Virus record (IMG/VR): IMGVR_UViG_3300031758_000053
Length of the DNA: 64,000 bases
Source: an uncultured virus (IMG/VR IMGVR_UViG_3300031758_000053)
Lineage: Duplodnaviria > Heunggongvirae > Uroviricota > Caudoviricetes
Direction: 5' to 3' (one strand)
Shown here one piece after another: positions 48,590 to 57,773 of the stretch. The number at the start of each line of letters is the position of its first letter. The stretch's first letter is position 1. The position numbers and the translations under genes are program-made. Under the pieces are notes generated by a model that was not told the DNA's origin, did no database searches, and worked only from the letters and a program-made list of their open reading frames with translations.

Positions 48590-51500
48590 ATGGCTATTCG
48601 CATCCAGCTTTTTGATGGGTCGCTTCTTGAGTTCCCTGATAACACCCCTCAGGATGTTATTGATCGAGTAGCCAAGCAAGAAACACTGGCCCGTCAGCCC
48701 GCTCCGCAACCTCGACCTGTCATTGAGCCCCCTAAGAAAGAGGGGGTGATGGCTGCGTTTGGCAAAGGGCTAGAAAGCCTGCTGGGCTCTAGCCGCACTG
48801 CCGTTGGTGCGTTTACAGGATCTCCTGAAGAAGCTGCCCTGGCTGCTCTGGAGAGGCAGAAGCAGTCTCCCTACGCCGACCAAGTCAGCTTAGAGAAGGT
48901 CTCAGAGGCTGCTAAACGAGGCCTGCTGCCCGCCGCTGGTGAGGTCGCTAGGCAGGTGCCTCTGGCTATTGCTGAGCAGGCTCCGAACGTCCTGGCAACA
49001 CTTGGTTCTGCCAAGGCTGGCTCTTTGCTTGGCGCAAAGCTGGGGACGGCTGTCGCGCCTGGAGTTGGCACAGTAGTTGGAGGTATCGGCGGTGGCATCT
49101 TGGGAGCGCTTACCCCGTCTTTGCTCCAGCAGTTTGGCGGGAACATCCAGCGTCAAGCCCAAGAGCAGCAAGCTCAAGGCAAGCCCATCGACATCAGCAG
49201 GACATCAGCAGGCTTGGCTGCTGTGCCCCAGGCAGGTCTTGATGTTGCCGCATCCCTAATCCCACTGGGCAGGACGTTTGCTGGCAAGGTTCTAGGCCCG
49301 CAAGTTGAAGAACTGTTGAAACGCGGGTCAGTTGAGGGCGCAGAGCGTTTAGCTCGTGAGAGCCTGCCCACTGTGTTGGGCAAGGGTGCTGCGATCAGCA
49401 TCGCTACTGAAGTCCCGACCGAAGTTATCCAGACCATGCTTGAGCGCTCTCAGGCTGGTCTTGCCCTGACCACCCCGGATGCTTTGGCTGAGTATGGCAA
49501 TGTGGCATACCAAGCTGGTCTACTTGCGCCTATTGGTGCTGTGGGTCGTGTGGGTGAGCGTGCTGCAGCGCGGAGTGAAGCTCTTCTGCCCGGTCAACGC
49601 CGTGGTGAGTCCGATATGGACTTCGCCAACCGGCTGAGTCAAGAGATCGGGAATGATCGTGCTTATGTTGCAATGCAGCAAGCAGAGCAGGCAGAAGCCG
49701 CTAAGCGTCAAGCTGCACTGGAGCAGATGAAACAGGCCATCGGTGATGGCTTGCTGACGCCCGAGGTGGTTAAACAGTGGGGCTTTGGGAAAGGCTCCAT
49801 CTTTGATTCCCTGGTCAACAAGAACCTGAGCAATCCTGAGGATGCGTCCTTTGTGGCCGATGTCTTGGCCGCGTACCGGCCTAAGGCTCACCCCAATACG
49901 CAGGTCAAGATTGATGATGCGCTGGCTGGCATTGAAGCCATGTTTGGTGCCAAGCCAACCTCGCAAACTGAAGGAGCAGCAGATGTTGGAACGGCTATCA
50001 CCGAACCAAGTGGAGCGGGCGTTCAAGTGGCTGGCGAGCCCAGTGCAGGAGCCACCACCCCAAGACTTGGAGCCCCTGAACCAGCAGGAGTGGTTCCTCC
50101 TGTCGAGGATGCTAGACAACCTGCTGGAGGAGCAGAAGCAGCACCGCCTGCAGTAGCTCCGCCTCTTGCGCTGCCTGCGCCTGTTGAGCCTGAAGTAGTT
50201 ACTCCTGCCGCAGAAGCCGTCACGCCGCCAACAGAGCCGGTTGTTGAAACGCCTGCTGCTGAGAAGCCCGTTGAAGCGCCGGCTGCTCAGAAACCTGCTG
50301 TTGAGTTGCCCAAGTCATTGCAGGATATGTCTCCTGCAAACAGGCAGTTGTATGAGCTTGATCGCAACATAGAAGAAGCGAAGACTCCTGCATCTGGTAT
50401 TGACTGGGAAATCAAGGACACGCTTGCCCCAGAAGAGAGGGGCATGACATTTGAAAGCGCGACCGACCAGCTTAACTCGTACTTGGCTGGCATCAAAGAT
50501 CTTGACGGTAAGCTACGCAGTGGCAACAGGACTGGCTCCACCCCAGGTCGTTTGATTGAGATGTGGAAAAACGCTTCGCAAACGCAGGCGTTTATAGAGC
50601 AGCAGAAACAACAGAAACCCGAGCTTTGGGCGAACTATCAAGCTCGTCAAGCTGATGTTGCCAATCTCAAGGAGGGTGATGCAGTTATCACGCCCAATGG
50701 CGAACAAGCCATCCTTGATAAGAAGTTCCCAAAGAACTGGCGAGTTAAGCTCCCCAATGAAGAGATGCGGCTGTACCCGCCAACCAGCTTTAGACGCGCA
50801 GAGCCTGCCGCTAAGCTATCGGCAGCACAGATCCCCAAGTACAAGATTGTTCAAACGCAAGTCGAGGGTTTGGACGGCAAGATCAAACGCGCCTGGAATG
50901 TTGTTGATGCCAAGGACGACTACATACAAGACACGTTTGATACGCGGGCAGAAGCTCAAGACTGGGTCCGTGGCGTAAAGGAAAGAGCAGCCAAGCCATC
51001 ACTGGCTGAAGAAGCCAAGCCGCTGCCCATCACACCCGAGATACAGGAAAAGATTGATCAACTTGAGAAGGTTCTCAAGAAGATCATGAACAAGTACGGC
51101 CTGAAGGATGTTGCCCTCAAGCTGATCGACAACATGAAGGCAGAAGGCGAGTACGCACAGAGCGTGGTTCGTCTGGCCCTGGATGCTGTAAACCCGGTGC
51201 AGGCCTTGAGGCATGAGTCCATCCATGCTCTGAAGGAACTGGGCTTCTTCTCTCCACAACAATGGGCAGCACTTGAAAAGCAAGCCAAGAGCAAGTGGAT
51301 TGATCAGTACCTTAAGACCAAGAACATCAACAAGGAAGACCTAGAGGAGGGCCAGAAGTCCCGCTATGACGCATACATGGAGCTTTACAAGGGCGACATG
51401 GACGCGATCATTGAAGAGGCAATTGCTGATGCCTTTGGGGACTTTGATGTAAACAAGGCTCCTCCGGGCCTGATGCAAGCCATCCTGACCCGGCTGCGTA

Positions 51501-54500
51501 ACTTCTTTGATGCGGTCAAGACTGCCTTTGGTGGTGAAGTCACCGCAGAGCAAGTGTTCCGTAAGGTTGAGAAGGGTGCTCTGAAGGCGGAGGCTAAGGC
51601 AGAAGCTGCCCCGGCTAAACAAAGTTTGCGTGAAGTTCCTCTGTCCACTCGTGGGTTGATGGAAGTTCAGCCCATCGTAGCGATGCAGGAGCTTGGGCTC
51701 AAAACAGATGCTGTCCGCAAGCCGGGTGGCATTGAGTTGTTTAACGATGTCCGCTCCATCGCTCTTGCACTTAATCAAGACACCATCCGAAACAAGGGCA
51801 AGATCGCCAAGACCGATACCTCATTGACCTCGGAAAAAGAACTTGCGAGGGCAATGGTTGATGAGATTGGCTACCAGCTAAAAGCAACTGCAGGGACCGG
51901 CACTGGCAAAGGTTGGTACTCGGACAACTATCCCAAGGCAGTTAAGAAGCTGGGCAAGCTGTTCCCAGAGCTTGAGACAGATCCATATGCCAGAACTGTT
52001 TTCTCTGCATTGGTTGCTATTACCTCCAATGGCGAGAAAGTATCTCTCAACGTAAAGAACGCCATTAAGCTCTACGAAGACATTCGTATGGGCAAAGACC
52101 CGCGTAATATTGGTTCTCGCCGCAAAACTGCACTGGATAATAACATTGCAGTTGTCATGCAGCTAATGAAGCAATATGGTCCCACTGGAATGCGCAATGA
52201 ATTATTGCGTGAGATTACAGTTAAGGACATGAACGCTATCCTGCGTTCACGCGGAGAAAAGCCCGATACCTCTTATCTTGCGGATACCAAAGTACCTGCT
52301 GCGGCATTGTATTTCGGGCCAAAGCTAGGCGCATTCTTCTCCAATCTTGAAGGCGCAGAGGGCTATCTGACGATGGATATGTGGTGGACCCGGACGGTTA
52401 ACCGCATGCGTGGGCAGTTGGAATCAAAGGCCACCGAAGCGTCCATCAAGAAGTTTGCCGCGATGATGGATAAGCCAAATGCCACCCGAGATGAGGTGGT
52501 GGCGGCAACCATCCCGCTGCGTAACAAATATGAAGAGTTTGGCTGGCACACTGAACTAGAAGAGTTAGTGGGCCGCAAAGAGCCAGCAGAAGATAAGGAC
52601 AAGCCAGCCTGGACGGCAAGGGCGAAGCGTCAAGCTGGCCCCGCATATGAAGCTCTCTTGTTTGAACATCGTCTTGAGAAGATGGCTAACACCATCTACA
52701 AGAACGAGTATGAGTTGCTGGAAGAGGCTCCGTTTACATCCACCGACCGAGAGTTCATGTACCGCACGGCTAGGCGGACTCAGAGCCTGCTCAAGGCCGA
52801 AGGCATTAACCTGTCACTAGCAGACATCCAGGCCGCTCTCTGGTACTACGAGAAGCGTCTGTATCAACATTTGAGTGGAAGGAAAGCAGATGACATCGGA
52901 TACGACGAAGCCATCACCCAACTCGCAGGGGAAAGTACTCGACCCGCAGGACCCTCTGTGGTCTTCGCTGGACAACCTGTTTCTGGGGCTGGAGCCACAG
53001 GAGCGGGCGCAGCAGTTGCTGGAGTTAGTGCGCAGCCTGTCCAGCTAAAGCCAAGCCTGCGTGAAAAAGCATCCTGGGATGACAAGCGCATTGAGCGTTT
53101 AATTGATCAATACGGCTACACCGATGGGCGTACCTACGGTATTGCTGCGTATGTAAACCCGGAAGAGTTTGTCCGCGCAACCACTCCGTCCAAAGAGTTT
53201 GCCGATGAACTCAAGGCAGAGGCTGGGGCACTTGACCGCGATCAGATAGCCAAAGAAACTCAAACGCCATTCTTGGAATGGGACATTGAGAAGGGCGTCA
53301 TCGTTGGTCATGAAGGCAGGCATCGTATGTCTGCGCTTTCTGCTGAAGGTGTTGAGTCTGCCCCGGTCGTGCTGTACGTCAAGGATCGGTATGGCTCTAA
53401 AAAGCCGGATCAGTATGAGCGCCAGGATTCTGTATCCATCAAGGGGCAGAAATTCCAAGACGGTGTTGGCAGACCTCTGACGGCCACCAACCTGATTCCA
53501 CTTGAGTACAGGCAGGCCAAGTCACTGAGAGAAGAATTTGCCGCAGCGGCTGGTGTTAAGTACAGCCTGCGCGTAAACATCCCGGCAAGCGCACGCGCAC
53601 GGGTTGTTGCCACTATTGCCTCCCGTCAAGAGAAGGGCTTTGTTGAGCGCCTCATGGAGGCGATCTCTCCAACGTCCTACTCCGACTTCCGTGCCCAGGC
53701 TCTGAACCGCTACAACCAGCTTGGTGTTTACGACAAGATCCGCGCCAAGAAGATGGGTGGTGCTGCGCTGCTTGCTGATTCCAGCGCTGAGTCTGCTGCC
53801 CTGCTGTCTGACCTGGGTGCTGGTCTAACCGCTTCCGCGCTGGGTGTGCATGACCGGATGGGTGGCATTCCTGTGTTCAGGAACGGTATCACCATCATCA
53901 GCAACCAAAACGGCACGATCAAAGGCCCGACCGCGATCTTTGCCCCGTTGGCTGCTGATCCGGCTCATTATCAGGACTATCAGTTCTGGGCTGGCGTGAA
54001 GCGTGGTTCGCGCTACATGCAAAACCCACAAGGCAAGTACGAAGAGAAACTGTTTACACCATCAGACGTCAAAGAGGCGGAAGTAATTCGCAAGGCATAC
54101 CTCAAGGCGGGGATTGACTTTGAGGCCATGCAAAAGGAGTGGATCAAGTACAACGACGGTCTCGTCCAGTACATGGTCGATACCGGCGTGCTCTCACAGG
54201 AGCGTGCTGACCTGTACCGTAAACACGCAGACTATCTGCCCTTCTATCGGCAGATGGACGGCAGAGAGACCATTGGCCCGAAGGTTTTCCAAGCCATCTC
54301 TGGTGTCAAGCCGCCTAAAGCCGCTAAGGGTGGAGAGGCCCTGCTTGATGACTTTTTAGAAAACATTGTCCGCAACACTCAGTCTGCGATCCAGGCTGGC
54401 GTCAAGAATGTCGCAGCCCAAAGAGCCGCCAAGGTGGCTATGGACATCGGCATGGCATCGCGGCTGGGCTTCAAGTCCTCCGCAGCCGGAACCTTTGATG

Positions 54501-56158
54501 TTCTGGAGAACGGTCAGGTTGTCACGTACCAATCAAAGGATGAGCTTTTCATCAACGCCATCAAGAGCCTTGGTATTCCTGACCTGCCGTTTATAGGACT
54601 GTTGTCTGGCCCCGCGAACTTGCTTCGCAATCTGGTAACCAAAGACCCAGGCTTCATGCTTGCCAACCTGATGCGTGACTCAATGTCCGCATGGGTTACC
54701 TCCGGCGTGAAGATGACCCCGATGGTAAACACCTTCACCAACTTTGGTGCTGCTATCGCAGGCAAAGACCCGGCCTTCCAAGCTCTGATGAACGCAGGCA
54801 TTTTGGGTGGCTATGAGTTCTCGCAGAACGTGGAGCAGAGCGGGCGTGAGTTCGGCAAGGCTCTGAGGAAGCAAGCCAAGATCAAGTCCACCGGGCTCAA
54901 GGGCGCAGCAGAGATGGGCGCTAAGCCGTTTACATCTCTGTGGGATGCGCTGGAGAAAGGTTCCACTGCATCTGACGCAGCCACTCGGATGGAGGTCTAC
55001 AAGCGCACGCTGGCCGAGACCAACAACGAAGCAGAGGCTCTGTTTAGAGCGCTTGAGGTGATGAACTTCAACCGTAAAGGATCTTCTGCTGTCGTAAGAA
55101 TTCTTACCGCTGCGGTGCCGTTCTTAAACGCACGCATGCAGGGCCTGGATGTTCTGTACCGCGCAGCTTCGGGGCAGATGAACGCTCGTGATGCAGCGCA
55201 GATCCAGAAGCAGTTCTTTGTGCGCGGCGCAATGATTGCATCCTTGTCTGCCGCTTACTGGCTGCTGACGCATGACGATGAGGAATACAAGAAGCAGGAG
55301 CAGGAGACAAGAGACAACTACTGGCTTCTTCCTTCGCTGGGCGTCAAGATCCCGATCCCCTTTGAAATCGGTGTGTTGTTCAAGGTGATCCCTGAGCGCA
55401 TCCTTGGTTACACATTTGGTAGCGACACGGGTGAAGACTTCCTGAAGTCGATGGCTCGGCAGTTGACCAGCACCCTTGCGTTTAATCCAATCCCGCAGGC
55501 GGTTATGCCTGTTGTGGAGACGATGACCAACTTCTCCTTCTTCACCATGCGCCCGATTGTTGGGCAGGGACTGGAAGGGTTGCAACCTGCGTACCAAGTT
55601 GGGCCGGGTACGTCTCGTCTGGCAGAAGGTTTAGGAGAGATGACCAAGGGGATGGCAAAGGAGTTGCAAGTCTCCCCAATGAAGATCGATCAGTTGATCA
55701 GCGGGTACACCGGCACGATGGGCATGTATCTGATGAACCTGATGGATGCCGTTTACGACATGAACACGGACTCGCCCAAGCCTGCCAGAAGGTTTGAGCA
55801 GATGCCTCTGATCCGTCGCTTTGCAGTTGATCCTGAGGCCCGTGGAAACGTCACCGCGTACTACGAACTCAAGAACTCGGTGGACTCCATCGTCCGCACC
55901 TCCAACATGCTTGAGAGGACGATGAACTATGAGGAGTTGCCCGGTTACCTGATGGACAACATGAAGATGTTGGCCTCCAAGGATTACATCCTTGATCTTG
56001 AGAAGACCATGAAGGAGTTCCGGGAGATGAAGATCCTGATCCGCTCAGCTTCTATGGACGCAGATGCCAAGAAGGACGCCATCCTGGCAATCGATCAGAT
56101 GGAGAACCAATTGACATCCAACATCCAGTACATGAAGAAGCTGGCTAAGGGAGACTGA
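48590..56158 (+). CDS. 2522-aa polyvalent ejection protein (metallopeptidase HExxH, HhH-glycosylase-like, ParB-like and LPD38-like regions)
   Basis: HESIH at 51212; GWY..TS..N..K...F..NL....T.D.W..R..QA.LW; HEGRHR at 53309; RDNYW...KIPIPFEIG.LFK..PER near the C-terminus. Confidence 0.8.
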   Translation: MAIRIQLFDGSLLEFPDNTPQDVIDRVAKQETLARQPAPQPRPVIEPPKKEGVMAAFGKGLESLLGSSRTAVGAFTGSPEEAALAALERQKQSPYADQVSLEKVSEAAKRGLLPAAGEVARQVPLAIAEQAPNVLATLGSAKAGSLLGAKLGTAVAPGVGTVVGGIGGGILGALTPSLLQQFGGNIQRQAQEQQAQGKPIDISRTSAGLAAVPQAGLDVAASLIPLGRTFAGKVLGPQVEELLKRGSVEGAERLARESLPTVLGKGAAISIATEVPTEVIQTMLERSQAGLALTTPDALAEYGNVAYQAGLLAPIGAVGRVGERAAARSEALLPGQRRGESDMDFANRLSQEIGNDRAYVAMQQAEQAEAAKRQAALEQMKQAIGDGLLTPEVVKQWGFGKGSIFDSLVNKNLSNPEDASFVADVLAAYRPKAHPNTQVKIDDALAGIEAMFGAKPTSQTEGAADVGTAITEPSGAGVQVAGEPSAGATTPRLGAPEPAGVVPPVEDARQPAGGAEAAPPAVAPPLALPAPVEPEVVTPAAEAVTPPTEPVVETPAAEKPVEAPAAQKPAVELPKSLQDMSPANRQLYELDRNIEEAKTPASGIDWEIKDTLAPEERGMTFESATDQLNSYLAGIKDLDGKLRSGNRTGSTPGRLIEMWKNASQTQAFIEQQKQQKPELWANYQARQADVANLKEGDAVITPNGEQAILDKKFPKNWRVKLPNEEMRLYPPTSFRRAEPAAKLSAAQIPKYKIVQTQVEGLDGKIKRAWNVVDAKDDYIQDTFDTRAEAQDWVRGVKERAAKPSLAEEAKPLPITPEIQEKIDQLEKVLKKIMNKYGLKDVALKLIDNMKAEGEYAQSVVRLALDAVNPVQALRHESIHALKELGFFSPQQWAALEKQAKSKWIDQYLKTKNINKEDLEEGQKSRYDAYMELYKGDMDAIIEEAIADAFGDFDVNKAPPGLMQAILTRLRNFFDAVKTAFGGEVTAEQVFRKVEKGALKAEAKAEAAPAKQSLREVPLSTRGLMEVQPIVAMQELGLKTDAVRKPGGIELFNDVRSIALALNQDTIRNKGKIAKTDTSLTSEKELARAMVDEIGYQLKATAGTGTGKGWYSDNYPKAVKKLGKLFPELETDPYARTVFSALVAITSNGEKVSLNVKNAIKLYEDIRMGKDPRNIGSRRKTALDNNIAVVMQLMKQYGPTGMRNELLREITVKDMNAILRSRGEKPDTSYLADTKVPAAALYFGPKLGAFFSNLEGAEGYLTMDMWWTRTVNRMRGQLESKATEASIKKFAAMMDKPNATRDEVVAATIPLRNKYEEFGWHTELEELVGRKEPAEDKDKPAWTARAKRQAGPAYEALLFEHRLEKMANTIYKNEYELLEEAPFTSTDREFMYRTARRTQSLLKAEGINLSLADIQAALWYYEKRLYQHLSGRKADDIGYDEAITQLAGESTRPAGPSVVFAGQPVSGAGATGAGAAVAGVSAQPVQLKPSLREKASWDDKRIERLIDQYGYTDGRTYGIAAYVNPEEFVRATTPSKEFADELKAEAGALDRDQIAKETQTPFLEWDIEKGVIVGHEGRHRMSALSAEGVESAPVVLYVKDRYGSKKPDQYERQDSVSIKGQKFQDGVGRPLTATNLIPLEYRQAKSLREEFAAAAGVKYSLRVNIPASARARVVATIASRQEKGFVERLMEAISPTSYSDFRAQALNRYNQLGVYDKIRAKKMGGAALLADSSAESAALLSDLGAGLTASALGVHDRMGGIPVFRNGITIISNQNGTIKGPTAIFAPLAADPAHYQDYQFWAGVKRGSRYMQNPQGKYEEKLFTPSDVKEAEVIRKAYLKAGIDFEAMQKEWIKYNDGLVQYMVDTGVLSQERADLYRKHADYLPFYRQMDGRETIGPKVFQAISGVKPPKAAKGGEALLDDFLENIVRNTQSAIQAGVKNVAAQRAAKVAMDIGMASRLGFKSSAAGTFDVLENGQVVTYQSKDELFINAIKSLGIPDLPFIGLLSGPANLLRNLVTKDPGFMLANLMRDSMSAWVTSGVKMTPMVNTFTNFGAAIAGKDPAFQALMNAGILGGYEFSQNVEQSGREFGKALRKQAKIKSTGLKGAAEMGAKPFTSLWDALEKGSTASDAATRMEVYKRTLAETNNEAEALFRALEVMNFNRKGSSAVVRILTAAVPFLNARMQGLDVLYRAASGQMNARDAAQIQKQFFVRGAMIASLSAAYWLLTHDDEEYKKQEQETRDNYWLLPSLGVKIPIPFEIGVLFKVIPERILGYTFGSDTGEDFLKSMARQLTSTLAFNPIPQAVMPVVETMTNFSFFTMRPIVGQGLEGLQPAYQVGPGTSRLAEGLGEMTKGMAKELQVSPMKIDQLISGYTGTMGMYLMNLMDAVYDMNTDSPKPARRFEQMPLIRRFAVDPEARGNVTAYYELKNSVDSIVRTSNMLERTMNYEELPGYLMDNMKMLASKDYILDLEKTMKEFREMKILIRSASMDADAKKDAILAIDQMENQLTSNIQYMKKLAKGD
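49983..50156 (+). CDS. candidate overprinted 57-aa gene nested in +1 frame of the polyvalent gene
   Basis: AAGGAG SD at 49971-49976; MLERLSPNQVERAFKWL...EWFLLSRMLDNLLEEQKQHRLQ. Confidence 0.5.
   Translation: MLERLSPNQVERAFKWLASPVQEPPPQDLEPLNQQEWFLLSRMLDNLLEEQKQHRLQ
52890..53048 (+). CDS. candidate overprinted 52-aa gene nested in +1 frame of the polyvalent gene
   Basis: GGAAGGAAAGCAG-ATG; MTSDTTKPSPNSQGKVLDPQDPLWSSLDNLFLGLEPQERAQQLLELVRSLSS. Confidence 0.4.
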   Translation: MTSDTTKPSPNSQGKVLDPQDPLWSSLDNLFLGLEPQERAQQLLELVRSLSS

Positions 56159-56408
56159 GCTTCTTGACCGTGTCATTGAGCACGGTCATCTCGTCCTTCT
56201 TGTAAACAGACCAGATCCTAGCCTGCCCGTGGATGCCGTTAAAACTGCCCTGGTGGCAGTCCTTGCATAACGGTATGCAGAGATAGTGGAGCCCCTGCTT
56301 GATGTGGTGAGCATCAGAGGGGCCTCTTGCTTCACAGACCCCGCATGGGAGTTCCTTGATTCGCGCCAAATGTTCCCTGTCGAGCGAGGTCAGGTTTTTG
56401 CTGTTCAT
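56145..56408 (-). CDS. Ref/DUF968-like HNH Zn-finger nuclease
   Basis: PCGVC....DAHH....IPLCKDCH....GIH. Confidence 0.72.
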   Translation of the reverse strand: MNSKNLTSLDREHLARIKELPCGVCEARGPSDAHHIKQGLHYLCIPLCKDCHQGSFNGIHGQARIWSVYKKDEMTVLNDTVKKLSLP

Positions 56409-56637
56409 CTGCAATCTCAATGAGCTTCTGTAGGTAGTGCGCAGCTTTTTTAATATCAGTCACGCCGCCCTTTGCCGGGTTTCCAATGGTGTTGAAACGC
56501 GCCAAATATCCAATGGCAGACCCCAGCAGGAAACCTTGAAATTGTTCTGGCGTCATCCATGCTTCCATTGCGTCCCAAGGCTCGACGGACAACTGTTTAT
56601 AGTGTGAGCCAGCGATCTGAATTTCATTAGCGCTCAA
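56332..56637 (-). CDS. DUF3310 (SaV / T7 gp1.7-like) protein
   Basis: Q..GSHY...EPWD....F..G.AI.Y..R...KGG..DI.KA.HYL..LIE. Confidence 0.8.
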   Translation of the reverse strand: MSANEIQIAGSHYKQLSVEPWDAMEAWMTPEQFQGFLLGSAIGYLARFNTIGNPAKGGVTDIKKAAHYLQKLIEIADEQQKPDLARQGTFGANQGTPMRGL

Positions 56638-56744
56638 AATAGGGCCTCGCCTGCTTCTGTAGCCTGCGCATAAGCGGACTTACGCGGGGCAGTGTTTATA
56701 AAACATCTTCCGTCTTTGTAGCTGAACATGAAGGGCCAGTTCAC
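56634..56744 (-). CDS. 36-aa hypothetical protein
   Basis: GTG start overlaps the upstream TGA; its stop overlaps the next start. Confidence 0.45.
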   Translation of the reverse strand: MNWPFMFSYKDGRCFINTAPRKSAYAQATEAGEALF

Positions 56745-57004
56745 CACGGCATCTTTTGGAGCGCGGACGTATCGAACTTCGGTTCCTTTGGCTTCTTCTT
56801 GTAGTTTGACTTCGGTGTGTGGCGCATCACCTTGTCCAGAAACTGTTGCGTCTCCGCAGGCATCTGCGTCTCTGAACTCAGACGCTCCTCCGTCAGCCAC
56901 GAGTGATTGCATGACTTGCATATCCTCCTGCGCCATACCATGTCCTCTGTTCGTCGGGACTCTGGTGTAAGTTGTTTGATACTGCCGCATTTTGGGCATT
57001 TCAT
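56741..57004 (-). CDS. NrdR-N-like Zn-ribbon protein
   Basis: MKCPKCG......SR......RRR.C..C...W.T.E. Confidence 0.72.
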   Translation of the reverse strand: MKCPKCGSIKQLTPESRRTEDMVWRRRICKSCNHSWLTEERLSSETQMPAETQQFLDKVMRHTPKSNYKKKPKEPKFDTSALQKMPW

Positions 57005-57489
57005 TCCTCCCCTCGCAATCCACGCCACTGTCTGAACTTCTGCCCGTTCTTCTTGGGGCCGTAAGACATTGTGTACATCGCATCCTTTGGTGATGATCCT
57101 TGTGGATACCAATCAATGCCATCCCAATAGGCATAGACAGACTCAATTTCCTGGCCGGGTCGCCAGCTTTGGTCAACCATGTAAACGCCGGGGCGAACGG
57201 GATCGACATCTGGCGGGAACCAGGGCGTGAGAAACGGGTCTTCCAGTTTTTTGTACTCCATACCAAACAGGGCATTTAGCCCTGGCAGTAATTCCTGAAG
57301 TAACGCGCTTCTGTCAACATGGCTGAAGTCCGCCAAAGGCTGTTCTCTGATGAAATCGTGCAGCTCCAAGATCACATCAATGGCAATCTTCACGCTGGCA
57401 CCTTCGCCATCAGTGAACCTGATCCAGTCGCCGTAGAGTTCTACATTCTCTGCGCGGTCGATCTCCGCGCCGTCGTCGTTGATGTTCAT
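57001..57489 (-). CDS. chimeric protein: acidic N-terminus, copy of MCP N-terminal peptide, TPWF..PVR.G.Y..WRGL domain
   Basis: AGGAG SD; ELLPGLNALFGMEYK identical to MCP residues 11-25. Confidence 0.8.
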   Translation of the reverse strand: MNINDDGAEIDRAENVELYGDWIRFTDGEGASVKIAIDVILELHDFIREQPLADFSHVDRSALLQELLPGLNALFGMEYKKLEDPFLTPWFPPDVDPVRPGVYMVDQSWRPGQEIESVYAYWDGIDWYPQGSSPKDAMYTMSYGPKKNGQKFRQWRGLRGEE

Positions 57490-57773
57490 ATCGCTCCTAG
57501 TTGCCACACACTATTTGCCACCGGCTTGCGTACAGGCACAGCCTTGACTGCCTTGGGCTTTACTCGCAGCACAGGTGGCTTGCTCTTGGTTAGATATAGC
57601 CCACGCTTGGCACCGGGCACCATGTTTACAAGGCACCCCTTTTTGACCAAGTTGTGCACCGCATAGCGGGCCTTGTCGGGCCACTGATGAAAGTGCTGAC
57701 GGATCTCTTTCATGGTGCGTAGGCGGTAACAGAAGTCCAGCACAGCGGCGGAGTGTTCTTTGACGAACTTCAT
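57486..57773 (-). CDS. putative wHTH DNA-binding protein
   Basis: AV.NLVKKG.L helix; C-terminal NSVWQL; ATGA coupling. Confidence 0.55.
   Translation of the reverse strand: MKFVKEHSAAVLDFCYRLRTMKEIRQHFHQWPDKARYAVHNLVKKGCLVNMVPGAKRGLYLTKSKPPVLRVKPKAVKAVPVRKPVANSVWQLGAI

Noticed and set aside
56634..57275. 213-aa ORF from the track
   Set aside because: It overlaps two better-supported genes; only the last 36 codons have a coupled start.
57250..57294. MCP-like segment as antisense RNA or DGR template
   Set aside because: Its mRNA has the same sense as MCP mRNA, the differences are synonymous rather than adenine-specific, and no reverse transcriptase is in the window.
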